A stretch of DNA of 56,756 bases from Prorocentrum cordatum (taxonomy: Eukaryota), in the NCBI GenBank assembly GCA_963575745.1, contig CAUYUJ010000068.1, positions 62,001 through 118,756 of the forward strand, given 5' to 3'. Made by a program: the position numbers and the translations under genes. Positions 37,873-49,942 of this stretch are shown here, in pieces; the stretch's first letter is position 1; every line of letters begins with the position of its first letter. The notes under the pieces were generated by a model. That model was not told where the DNA came from. It did not search any database and saw nothing but the letters and a program-made list of their open reading frames with translations.

Positions 37873-39969
37873 GTGCACGGCGGAAGCGCCAGCACGAGCT
37901 CCTCCGAAGCACCGTCAGTAGCCCATCCTGCGCCCTGGTGCGGGACGCCCAGATGCGGGAGGCCCAAGGGAGGGTGCTCGGGTGTCCGTCAACCAGGAAG
38001 CAGCACACGTGGCGGGAAGAGGCGTGCACCCTTCGTGCGCACTCGCGGCCCATTTAGGGCCACCTTCCTGCAACCCTCGATGCCCCCATGTCTATGGCCC
38101 CCCGTTTGCCGTCCGCCAAAAGCACGACATGGCAGTGCCACCGGCACAAGGGCTCATCAGTCGTGCCAGACACCGCGATCGGAGCAACGTCGTCGGTCTC
38201 GTCGACTGGGAGGCAGCCTTCAACAGCGTCATCGTCGAGCTCGTGCACCGACTTGCTTCCTCTGACAGATCGAAGGTTGGCAAACTTGGGTGTGCGACCC
38301 GCCGAGGAGTCCCCGTGGACTGGCACCCAAACCTCCAACGAACCGGACAAAAACAATACATAGGTGTTTCTCATCATTTTCGACCTCTAGGGCCCTCGCC
38401 GGGCCCTGGGACCGACACAAGACTAATCAGGATGCAAAACAGGCGCCGGGAAAGGGTCGGAACTTCCGGGGACCCCGTCTTGAAAAAACAAAACGTCGGA
38501 TCTCTGGGTAGGAGCTCAATCTGCAGTGAGCCCATAGACAGCTCCACGAACCGAGGAGAGGTGGCTCTGGCAGGCTCTTGCGCAAACGCCAAGGCCTGGC
38601 CATGCCAAGCCAAGGCGCGAGGAAACTCGGATCGGCGGCGAGTGAGCCAGTTGTGCCAGCTCTGCACGAACTGGGTGGGTGAGTATCAAGCTCGTGCATG
38701 CATCAAACCGCCGCGTCAGATTTGTGGATGCCATGACAATGGACACCCTAACAATCCGATCACTGAATGAAAACTGTGTTCAACATGTTTGAAACATCTT
38801 CAACCAGCAGCCCGCACAGAACAACTTGCCCCCTGAGCCCGCGAGGGACAGCACTCCAGGTGGCCAGGCGGCAGAGGTGGCAGGCGGGGCGCCCCTGCGC
38901 CGCCCCGCGCCCTCCCCCGCAGTGTCACGTGCCCGTCTTCGGCCTTCGAGGAGGAGGGAGGAGGGAGGAGGAGGATAGAGGAGGAGGGAGGAGGAGGGAG
39001 GAGGAGGGAGGAGGGAGGAGGAGGAGGGAGGAGGGAGGAGGGAGGAGGGAGGAGGGAGGGAGGGGGAGGAGGAGGAGGGAGGAGGAGGAGGGGGAGAGGA
39101 GGAGGAGGAGGAGGGGAGGAGGAGGAGGAGGAGGAGGAGGAGGGGCCAAGCTGAGCACTGCCGTTTTGGACCGGTGCTCGGGCGCGGGCCTCCCTTCCTG
39201 GAGGCTGCAGGATGGCTGCGCGCCCGAGCTGCCAAAGACCCTACCCTGTCAGAGCCTTCCTCGGGCGGGTCATGCTGGGCCCAGCATGTCCTGCTCACCC
39301 AGCTCAGGCTCCCGCGGCAGTGACGTCCACCCCCAGCAAATCCATCCTTCGGGCCAGCATGGCAAAAGGTTCACTGGGGCTTCGCCGAAGCCGTGCCAGG
39401 GACTCTACTGCTGCATTTAGCCTTCGGCGGCCAGCCACTTCCATTCCTTTCCGTCTGCAGAAACAGGTGGCGCGATAGTGGAGGACACCAACTCCTCCTC
39501 ATCACTTGGCTGACGGGGGCGACTTGGCCACGTGGCGTTCTTGGGCTGAGGCACGGCCTGAGCCTCATCCTGCGACACACGGCATTCTAGGGGAGGCGAA
39601 ACGCGGCGCAGCGGCTGTTTAATATTGCCGAACCTGGGTGACGGCGGAACTGTGTGCGGCAACTCCGCTTCCACTGGTGGTAACGGCATAAGAAAAGAGC
39701 GCCGTTCAGTGCGTTGCGCGTCGGAAGGGGCATCCACCCAGAGGACAAACAACGCGCTCATGCCAGGCACACCAACCAGCTCAGTGGCCAATTGCACCTG
39801 CTGGGTGGGTTGCACAAAGTCGCTCGTGTTTGCCAGGTGGCGGTTCGCCGTACGGGTGCGGAGACACATCGCACCCAACAACCTGCGAATACAGCAAAGC
39901 GGCCTGCTTCAAAACCTCTTGCCTGTCCTGGCTGCGGAAGACATCTTGCGCCGCGGCCTGTTTGTATTA

Positions 39970-40123
39970 GGTCAGGCGTGCCCCCCTACAGGCGGATTTT
40001 GGATGAAAAACAAAACAATACCCAAACAATGTTCAAACATATCCAAGAATAGTCAAAACACCGTCCCCATATTATTTGTGGACTATTTTTGAAGATTCCT
40101 CCTGTAGAGTGACACGCCCGACT
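39970..40123. mobile_element. MITE family C, copy 3
   Basis: GGTCAGGCGTGCCCCCCTACAGG ... CCTGTAGAGTGACACGCCCGACT followed by TAA. Confidence 0.65.
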
Positions 40124-40432
40124 TAATTTTTGTACGGAGGCACCGCCACCCCGAGGTTTACGCTTGCTCGCGGGCAGACACTGGACACACACCAGAGGCT
40201 GCCCGTGAGGCCATCCTTCCATGCGGAAACCACTGTAAACATACAGTGGAAGCCAGTCCACAAGAACCCTTCACAAGAAACCCAACCCTGAGACCCCAGG
40301 ACGCGCCCATCGAGTTCTGGCGTGAGAGCGTCACGCTCCCCATGGCAAAACCATCGAAGCCCGAGAAACCCAGGGCACCCTGGAGGCACGCAGGGTGGTT
40401 CTTGGCATGGGCCACCACTTGGCGGCGCGCAC

Positions 40433-40576
40433 AAGGGGGTGGGGGGAGGGGGGAGGGCTTCTTAGAAGCAGGCTGCTTCTTAGAAGGCGCCGGCCTTACA
40501 TCTATAGATAAGGCCCGCGCCTTCTAAGAAGCAGGGGTGCTTCTAAGAAGCCCCCCCCCCTCCCCCCACCCCCCTT
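40433..40576. repeat. About 140-bp near-perfect palindrome
   Basis: Centre ATCTATAGAT; each arm has two CTTCTTAGAAG / CTTCTAAGAAG units. Confidence 0.85.
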
Positions 40577-40602
40577 CTGCGCGTGGCTGAACCACTGCAC
40601 AC

Positions 40603-40738
40603 TTCCAGAGGCCCGTGCAGCTTTCTTGGATCGGGGCTGGGCCCCCTCCCCGGCACGCGGAGCGCGCCAGGGGCGGCGCCAGAGGCGCCGCCACGGGGGT
40701 CCAGCGCCGATCCGAGAAAATCCGCGCGGACCTCCGAA
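40603..40738. mobile_element. MITE-like element family B, copy 2
   Basis: Aligns with 7700-7836. Confidence 0.6.
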
Positions 40739-41078
40739 GAAGTATGCTTATGCAATGTCTTCTCCTTCGAATGGTGGCCCCCTCCTGCTCCTCCTCCTCC
40801 TGCTCCTCCTCCTCCTCCTCCTGCTCCTGCTCCTCCTCATCCTCCTCCTCCTCCTCCTCCTCCTCCTCCTCCTCCTCCCTCTCCTCCTCCCCCTCAAGAC
40901 CATGAACCTCCCCGCGGCTCACGAGCGGCGGACCTATCCACATCCGCGCCCTCGCGGTCTGGATTCCGGGGCGCGCTATCGCGGAGACGCGGACGAACGG
41001 CTACGTTCTCCAATGGGGCAGCCGCGAAACGACACCCTGCGTCGCAGCCCAGGAGCCTGGCCAGCCTGGCCGTGGAAG

Positions 41079-41126
<48 letters not shown>

Positions 41127-41156
41127 TGTGTGTGTGTGTGTGTGTGTGTTTCTGTG

Positions 41157-41187
<31 letters not shown>

Positions 41188-42969
41188 CTGGTGTGTGTGT
41201 GTGTGTCTGGTGTGTGTGTGTGTCTGTGTGTGTGTGTGCCTGTGTTTCTGTGTGTATGTCCGTGTGCTTTTCGCCCACGAGCGGCGACGCGACCCGGACC
41301 TCTCCCTGGAGGAAGAGGAACTGCACACACCTTAACCTTTGGCGCTCCGCGCCGCCTTCCCGGACCCGCGCGGGGCGCCACCAGAGCTTATTCATGTGCC
41401 CGTGCCGCTGCCTCTCCTTCGACGCCTGTGCTTCGCCCACGAGCGGGACTCGAGTCCTCGGAGAGGGACTCGAGTCCCAAAACCGTGCGGTGACCCCGAA
41501 TCCTCACCGACTCACCACACGGTGTTGTCACCACCCCGTTTGGGGGCCCCCGAAGTGCTTCGCCCACGAGCGGCGGCGCGACCGGGGACCTCCCCCGGCG
41601 GCCGGCCGCCGCCCCCCGCCCCCCGCAGGAACGCGGATGCCCCGTGCCGCGCCGCGGGAGACGCACGCGCGGCGCCCTGCGCGCGCTCCGAGGGGGCGGC
41701 CTCCGGGGCGGGGCGGGGCCCTGGCCGCCGACCCGGGGCCCGCTGGCCATCGCTCGGACGTCCATGCCCTGTGCTTTTTTCGGTCTCGTGCGTGGTGCTT
41801 TCGCCAAGTGGGCAAGGATGCTCCTCGAGGGTCCTCGCCGAAAGAACAATGCACACGTCCGAGCGGTGCCGAGGGCGGGGCGGGGCCCTGGCCGCCGACC
41901 CGGGGCAGAGGCAGCGCGCCTTGCGCGGCGCTGCCGCGGCGGCGCTTCCGCGGCTTGCGCGGCGAGGGAGCCCCTCGCCATCGGAGAGGTTTCCCTCTCC
42001 CTCCAGAGAAGGAGAACACACAACGGTATAGACATAAGCTGTCGATGGTCCGCGCGGATTTCTTGGATCCGCGCTGGACCTCGAGTCGCCGCCAGGGCGT
42101 TCTGGCGCAGATCCAGGGAATCCGCGCGGAGCGCCAGCAGTTTATGTGTATGGCGCTTGTTCTTCTTCAACATAAGAGAGGTTTCCCTCTCCCTTCGCTG
42201 CTTGCCACCCTGCAGGGTTCGCTGCTGCTTCTGCATGATGTCTGGCCTGTTCCTGACCCCCAGTGGGGACAAACCACGGGTTGGACCCACCGACGTTTTA
42301 CTACGTTGCGCCAACGTTGGTACGATGAGCCGTAGAGTCGTTGAGGCGCCACAACAAAGAAAACACGAGGTACCGACTGAATTAGGCGATGTGGCCTCAG
42401 AAAGAAAACTTAGCCTGCCACAGTAGAAGCCTGCAACCAAGAAGGCAAGTAGACGAACCGACGGAACCTCCTCATCCTCCTCATCGTCCTCACCCTGCCT
42501 CAGCCGTCCGTTCCTTCCAGAAGCTTCGCTGGCAGGAACACATGTTGAGAGGAAGACGGAGAAGGATGGCGAAAAAGAGAGCGATGATGAGAACACTACG
42601 AAGGATCGAGAAGAGGTGAGGAGGAAAGGAAGGAGGGGAGGCCGACCCATACCTTTCAAAGTTTACATCTTCCAGAATTCAGCGGATGGACAGTGCGCTA
42701 ACTTTCACGCCTGACTGCGCGATCAATTTTATTACGCAACTCCTATTGCGTAACTCCTAGGTGCCGTTCGGAACAAACATATCGACTGCGGTGTGTGTGT
42801 GTGTGTGTGTGTGTGTGGGAAGGCGTACTAGGAGAACTCGTACCCTGAGCTGATAGGCTTTGTTTAAAGAGTACATAATGATAGTGGGTTCTGCTTTGCA
42901 GACGTCTGCCCTGGTTTCTGCCACAGCGTGAACCGTCCCACCGTGAAGCATCTCCTTCCTGCTCCACAG

Positions 42970-43035
42970 GAGTCGATCGACGACACTGGTGGTGATGACT
43001 TCGAGCCGTGGGCCACCTCCTGCACGCCCGCCCAG
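42970..43035 (+). CDS. Candidate exon of an unidentified gene
   Basis: CAG|G acceptor, CAG|GC donor, 66 nt, ESIDDTGGDDFEPWATSCTPAQ with high GC3. Confidence 0.3.
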
Positions 43036-44559
43036 GCCCGAGACGTCCGCGCGGACCTCTCGACATCCGCGCTCAGGCTGGCCTGTGGTTCCTCGACGGA
43101 GGGTGTTCGGCCTTGAGCTCCTGCGATGGCGTCGCCGCCGCGCCGAAGCGGCGCGAACCTGCCGTCAGCACCGCGCCTCGACCCGCGGACACTTCGCAGG
43201 AAACGATCGCGCCGACCCTCAGGACGACGCCCCTTGCGGCTGGGCCGAGCTCCGCCTCGCCTGCGCGCCCTGCTCCTCCACATCTGCCCATCCCCTCCCC
43301 CGTTTCCCCCCCTTGTTCCCCAAACCAGATTCGTTCCCCCCAACTCGTCCTCCTCCACTCAAGTCCTCCTGCGCGACTTCCCCCTCCTCCTCCTCCTCCT
43401 CCTCCTCCTCCTCCTCCTCCTCCTCCTCCTCCTAATCTTCCACCTCCTCCTCCTCCTCCTCGTCCTCCTCCTCCTCCTCCTCCTCCTCCTCGTCCTCCCT
43501 ACTCCTCCTCCTCCTCCTCCTCCTCCGCCTGCTCCTCCGCCTGCTCCTCCTCCTCATCCTCCCTCGTGCTCCTCCTCCTCAAACCTTTGTCCTCCGTCCC
43601 CTCCCGGCCCCCCTGATCATCTATCCTCATGCATCCTCTGTGTGCTCCTTGTCATCCTTGTCGCTCCGCAATGCTCCTCCTCCTCCTCCTCCTCCTCCTC
43701 CTCCTCCTCCCCTCCTCCTACCCGTCCTCCTCCCCGTCCCTCCTCTTCCATCGTCCATTCCAACTCGTCCTCAAATCTCTCCTCCGCCGCCTGCTCCTCC
43801 CCGTGGTCCTCCTCCTCCTCCTCCTCCTCTCCTCCTCCTCCCCCTCTCTTCCCTCCCCTCTCTCCTTCCTCCCTCCCCCCCCTCCTCCATCTCGTGTTCC
43901 TTCTCCTGGTCCTCCTGGTCCTCCTGGTCCTCCTGGTCCTCCTGGTCCTTCGGTCCTCCTGGTCCTCCTGGTCCTCCTGTTCTTCTTCTTCCTCCTCCTC
44001 CCTCTCCTCCTCCTCCCCTCCTCCCTCCTCCTCCGCCCTCCTCCTCCTCCTCCGCCTCCTCCTCCTCCGCTGCCTCCTCTCCTCTCCCCTGCTCCTCCTT
44101 CCGCCTCCCTGCCTCCGCTCCGCCTCCGCCTCCGCCTCCCCTCCCCTCCTCCTCCTCCTCGTCGCCTCCTCCTCCTCCTCCTCCTCCTCCTCCTCCTCCT
44201 TCCTCCTCCTCCTCCTCCTCCTCCTCCTCCTTCCTCCTCCCTCCTCCTCCTCCTCCTCCTCCTCCTCCCTCCTCCTCCTCCTCTTCCTCCTCCTCCTCCT
44301 CCTCCCCCTCCTCTTTACAAGTGCTCAATATGAACACTATTCTCATTTCCCCCGTGCAATTGTCCAGAAAATCTCTCGCACCCATCCGTGTCATGTTTCT
44401 GACACGCATGATTGGGCCGGATTGTTTGTTTCACACGTTTTCAAACATCCGCTGATTTTCAATGTCTCAAATATGGTGTTGGCGCTGCAACGTGGGCCTC
44501 ATTTTCGGATCGGCGCTGTGCTCCCGTCGTTCAGAATGGCGGTCCCGCCCCAACATGGG

Positions 44560-45060
44560 CCCCTTGTCTGGATCCCACGGGCCTCGCACGTCCCAAAGGT
44601 TTCGCAGGTCTCACAAGCCCCACAGGTTCTACACGTCCCAAAAGGCCTCACATAGCCCGCAAGTGTCGAAAATCGTCCCAGTGGTCCCAAAGGTCTGACA
44701 CATTCCAGTTTCCACAAGTCGCACAACTGTCGCATGTCTCGCAAGTCCCACAGGTCCCACAAGTCCCGTAGGTGTCACATGTCCCACAAGTCGAAGAAAA
44801 TGGACCCCCGAGTCGCACAAGTGCCAAAGGTCCCGCCAGTGGCAAACTTCCTACACATATCGCAGGCCTCACAAGTCCCACGGTTCCGACACGTCCCAAC
44901 AATCCCACGCGCACCACAGTTCCCACAAGTCCCGCAGGTCCCACAGGTTCCCACCAACCCTACATATCCCACAGGTCCCACAAGCGACAACAATCTCGCA
45001 ACTTCCACAAGTTCCACAAGTCCCACAGCTCCCATTTGACCCAGAGGTCCCACAAGTCGC
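44560..45060. repeat. Degenerate 9-bp CACAAGTCC/CACAGGTCC tandem repeat
   Basis: Seen directly. Confidence 0.8.
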
Positions 45061-45926
45061 CTGTGTTGCCATCAGGGTGCTTTGCCGCGGGTACTGAAGT
45101 TTTAGGTCGGTTGTGGCACGCGTAGGCGGAGATAGAACCATCAGCGCAATGAAAAGGAATGTGAGGGATGGACAACATGTGAGATGTGGCAGACAACACC
45201 TAGCCTGCCTCTCTCCTCTCTCCTCTCTTCGCCAGATCCGTGGGCCACGGGCGAGCAAAAGGCAGAGCGGCGCGCGGCCCGCGGACCTCCCGCGGCGGAT
45301 CTGGATCTGCCCTGCTGGGCCTCAGACGGAGGCACGGAAGAGGAGGAGGAAGAGGAGGAGCAAGAAGAGGAGGAGGAGGAGGAAAAGGAGGAGCATGGGG
45401 AAAGAGGAGGAGGAGGAGGACGAGGAGGAGGAGGACGAGGAGGATGAGGGGAAGGAGGAGCAGGAAGAGGAGGAGGATGAGGCGGCGGAGGAGGAGGAGG
45501 GGGAGGAGCGGGAGGAGGAGGAGGAGGCGGAAGAGGAGAGGGGAGGAGGAAGAGGAGGAGGAGGAGGAGGAGGACGAGGGGTAGGAGGGTGAGGCGGAGG
45601 AGGACGAGGAGGAGGCGGAGGGGGAGGAGGAGAAGGAGGGGGAGGAGGACGCTGAGGACGCTGATGACGCAAAGAGCTCCGAGCTCCCTTTCGCACGCAG
45701 GCCGAGCGCGCCCCGGGCCCACGTCGAGGCACATTCTCGAGCCGCACCCCGCAGAGGCGACGAAGGAGGGCCCAACGACCCCGAAGCCCCGAGGCACAAA
45801 CGACCGCACCCGCAGAGGCGACGAATGGGGGCCCAACGACCCCGAAAAACGAGACGGGCGAGCAGTGGCGACGAGCCACGGCCCAAGACACACCGCGCCG
45901 CCCCCGCACGGTCGAACACGCTCAGA

Positions 45927-46265
45927 GGCCGGCCTACACGATGACGACTTAGCCGAAGATCATATGATTCCGGGGCTCGGTCGCCTTCTTCTGGCGGGTC
46001 TTGATGATCACAATGCTCGGAGAGATACTGCACGCCTGCACCATGACGAAGTTGCCGAAATTCCAGTGATCCCCGAACCTGGTCGCCTTCATCTTCACGT
46101 GGCGGGTCTTGGTCATCACGACGCCCTTGACAATGACACCTTTGCCGAAGATCCTATGATTCCCGGCCTTGGTCACCTTCGCCTTCAGAATGATGACTTT
46201 GCAAGAGATCCAATGATTCACGGCCTGGGTCTCCTTCTTTTGGCGGGTCTTGATCATCGCAACGC
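45927..46265 (-). pseudogene. Four decayed tandem copies of a segment of the dinoflagellate HU-type histone-like protein (HLP/HCc)
   Basis: Minus frame reads GVAMIKTRQKKETQAVNHWISCKVIILKA / KVTKAGNHRIFGKGVIVKG / VVMTKTRHVKMKATRFGDHWNFGNFVMVQA / IIKTRQKKATEPRNHMIFG*VVIV*A. This resembles, from recall, HLP ...PGLCxIKTRxKPATKAGKRxIFGKxVxVKA. Unit spacings of 57, 90 and 102 are all multiples of 3. A TTTGCAG|G acceptor precedes copy 1. Confidence 0.75.
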
Positions 46266-48159
46266 CTGCAAATCCATGGCTCGGCCGAACCGAGCTGCGC
46301 CCTTTCGAAGTGCGCAGCAGGAGGAGGATGAGGAAGAGGAGGAGGAGGTGGAGGAGCAGGAGGAGGAGGAGGAACAGGAGGAAGAGGAGGAGGAGGAGGA
46401 GGAAGAGGAGGAGGAAGAGGACAGGGGAGGAGGAGTGAGAGGAGGGAGGGAGGAGGAAGGGAGGGAGGGATGATGAGGAGGAAAAGGAGGAGGAGGAGGA
46501 GGAGGAGGAGGAGAGGAGGAAGGAGAAACGCAAGGGAGGAGGAGGAGGGGGTAGGAGAGGAAGGAGGAGGAGGAGAAGCAGGATGCGCAGAGAGGAGAAG
46601 GAGGATGGAGGAGAGGAGGCGGAGGAGGAGCAGGACGAGGAGAAACGAGGATAGCGTGACGTGGACCGAGGATCAGGAAGGAGAGGAGAAGGAGGAGGAG
46701 AGGCGGCAGAGGAGAAAGGAGGAGGATGTAGGAGGGAGGAGGAGAAGGAGGAAGAGGCGGCAGGAGGAAGTGAGGAGCATGAGGAGTAAGAGGAAAAGAT
46801 TAATGGAGATGGAGGATGAGGAGCAGGGGAGCAGAGAGGAGAGAGCATGAGAGGAGGAGCAGGAAGAGCAAGGATAGCAGGATGAGAGAAGGATGAGCAA
46901 GGAGGAGGAAGAGGCAGAGAAGGAGGATTTGCCGCCGCAATCCGGACCTCCATCAAAACAAGCGTACGAGAGAGGTGGTGCTCGAGGCGGAGGAAGAGGA
47001 GGAGGGGAGAAGGAGGAGGAAGAGGAGGAGGAGGCAGATGATGAGGTGGGGAAGGGGGCGGAGGATGAGGAAGAGGCGGAGGACGAGAGGGAAGGACGGA
47101 GAAAGAGGAGGAGGATGAGAAGGATGAGGAGGTAGGAGGGCGGGAAAGAGGAGGAGGCAGGAGGTAGAGGATACATCTGAGTATGGATGGAGGAAGAGAA
47201 GGTAGACATGAGAGGAGTAAGCGAAGAGAATGAGACGAAAGACGCGAAGGAGGAGAGGGAGGCAGAGGAGTGAGGAGGGGCCAGTGCTGACGCGCGGGAT
47301 GGGCCGAAACCACCGCGTGAGGCATGAGAGGGAGGAAAGGAAGGAGGAATGTAACGAGGAGGAGGAGGACGAGGCGGAGGAAGAAAATGAGGAGGATGAG
47401 GTGGACTGACTGACTGACTGACTGACTGACTGACTGACTGACTGACAGGCGCGCCCTAGCACGGCGGAATCCCTGACCTCGACTAAAGTCACCGTGGGTC
47501 CAAAGGCTCATGCGACCCGTACAGGAAACGAACGTTACATCCCAAGTTCTCCTGACCTGGGTGACCCAAACATGGCCCCACTAAGCGACCGAGCTGCTAT
47601 GCTGGCGGGGTGGCTTTGCAGATGACTGAACCAGCTAAGCAGAGACTCGCGATGGAATCGCGACCATTGCTGTCCACGCGAGGCACTGGCGGCTCTCCCG
47701 CTGGGCCCACATGGGGGCATCCTAGATGGGATCCAAGTGGATGGGGTCGGGGGATTGCACCGCATCGCCGACGCATCGCCGATGCGATGCATCGACGATG
47801 CGTCGGCGACGTCGGCGATGCATCGGCGACGCCGGCGTGGGGAACCTCGGGCTCCGCATCGAGCTCCCGGGGTCCGTCCTGGCCACTTTTCTGGGGCGGG
47901 CCCAACCGCGGCGACGAGAAGCCCCACCAGGAGGGCAGAGCAGCGCCATGGGCGTGCCGCCGCCGTCTCGACGGGCCCTCCTCCGGGAGGCAACAGATCG
48001 CGAGGCGAATTTCCCTGCTCTGCCCTCCTGGGAGGGCGAAGGCGAGGACAACGACAACGCTCTTGCGCGGGCCCGCGTCAGGGCGGGGCCCCCGGCAGCT
48101 GCCGGCAGCGGCGGCGCGGCGGCTTCGGCAGGAGGCGGGGGCGGGGCGAAGAGGAGGAC

Positions 48160-49942
48160 CAGTGGAAACCCAAGAGTCATCAACGATGTTGGAAGGAACC
48201 CTCCCTCCAAGCTCCCTCTCCATAGGCCCGCACAACGGTTCATTTCCATTTTGAGGGAATTGCCCCGTTGGAAGACAGCCGTTCGAAGATCCTGAAGCGT
48301 GCCAAAACATTGTTCTCGGGATTTCAACGCCACGTATCAACTTGACTGCTGCGTCTTGACGATCTGGAATCGTGCCACAGCGCTATTTTGGGACTTCAAC
48401 ACCGCAAACCAACATAACTGTTGCACCCGCATAATCCTGAACCCTTCCGAAACACCATTTCTGGTACGCTGATCATGGGAACCCGTCAAACTCTTGCAAA
48501 TTTTGACAACGAGAGCGCGTGGTGCTAAGGCGAAAACCACATATTGAAAAGGAACCGCCCTCAATCCGTGAAAGTTCTGAATTTTTTGCAACGAATGTGC
48601 GCGGCGCTAAAGCGAGAACCACATATTGGAAACGACCCGCCGTCAATCCGTGAAACTCTTGCAAATGTTTTAATCCTATGTACGCAGCGCTAATGCGAGA
48701 GCCACATTTTGAAAACGACCCGCCCTCAATCCGTGAAGCTCTTGCTGACAACGAATGTGCGCGGCGCTCAAGCGAAAACTACATTTGGAAAAGGACCGGC
48801 CCTCCATTTCTGAAGCTGTTGCCAGTTTTCAAGCTTCAGAATCATAAATGGTGCGGAGGTCTCAGACGAAACGCCTGGCCCGCCCTAGAAACTGGCCTCG
48901 GGGTGCGACAGGGAGAAGTTATCTAATAAAGGGAAGGAGTGGGGGAGGAGAAAGAAGACGAGGACGAGGACGAGGAGGAAGAGGAGGAGGAGGAGGAGGC
49001 GGAAAGGAGGAGGAGGAGGAATAGGAGGAGGAGGATCAGTGGAAACCCAAGAGTCATCAACGATGTTGGAATGAATCCTCCCTCCAAGCTCCCCTATTCA
49101 TAAACCCGCACAACGGTTGATTTCCATTGAACTGCCCCGTTGGAAGACAACCGTTTGAAGATCCTGAAGCGTGCCAAAACATTGTTCCCGGCGCCACGTA
49201 TCAACCTAACTGCTGCGTCTTGACGATCTGGTATCGTGCCAGAGCGTCATTTTGGGGACTTCAACACCGCGAACCAACATAACTGTTGCACCCGCATAAT
49301 CCTGAACCGTTCCAAACTACCATTTCTAGTACGCTGATCATGGGAATCCGTGAAATTCTTGCGATATTTGACAACGAATGCGAGCGGCGCTAAGGCGAGA
49401 GCCACATATTGAAAAGGAACCGCCCCCAATCCGTGAAGGTCTTGCGAAGGTTTAAGACGTGTGCGCGGCGCTACGGCGAGAATCACATTTTGAAAACCAC
49501 CCGCCCTCACTCCTGGAAGCTTGTTTCAAATGTTGACAACGAGTGTGCGCGGCGCTAAAGCGAGGGCCACATTTTGAAAACGGCCCGCTTTCAATCCATG
49601 AAACTCTTGCAATGGTTGACAACGAATGTGCGCGGCGCTAAGGCGAAAACCACAGTTTGAAAGCCACCCGCCTTCAATCCGTGATACCCTTGCCATTTGT
49701 TGTAAAAAACGAACGTGCGCGGCGCTAAGGCGAGAACCACATGTGTTTTAACCACCCGCCCTCAATCCGCGAAGCTCTCGCACATGTAAGCAGCAAGTGT
49801 GCGTGGCGCTAAGGCGAGAGCCACATTTGGAAAGCGACCGGGCCTCCATCTGTGAAGCTGTTGCTACTTTTGAAATTTCAGAATCGTACGTGGTGAGGAA
49901 GTCTCTGGCCTCGGGGTGCGACAGGAGGGAGATATCTATAAG
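48160..49942. repeat. Two tandem copies of an element carrying an internal ~85-90-bp satellite
   Basis: 48160-48929 and 49037-49942 share a ~320-bp unique head and tail, with about 4 versus 6 internal GTGCGCGGCGCTAAGGCGAGAACCACATTTTGAAA units. Confidence 0.85.

Noticed and set aside
38160..38320. RT motif-like VDWEAAFNSV...RRGVP
   Set aside because: Spacing between the motifs is far too short, no YxDD follows, and the opposite strand reads equally well.
39158..39176. SL-like GCCGTTTTGG (also weak matches near 12780 and 33755)
   Set aside because: No match to the CTCAAG end and no supporting boundary, TSD or downstream ORF.
45589..46473. Plus-strand repeat protein (DDFAEDPMIPGLG)
   Set aside because: It is the in-register antisense of the histone-like protein fragments on the minus strand.
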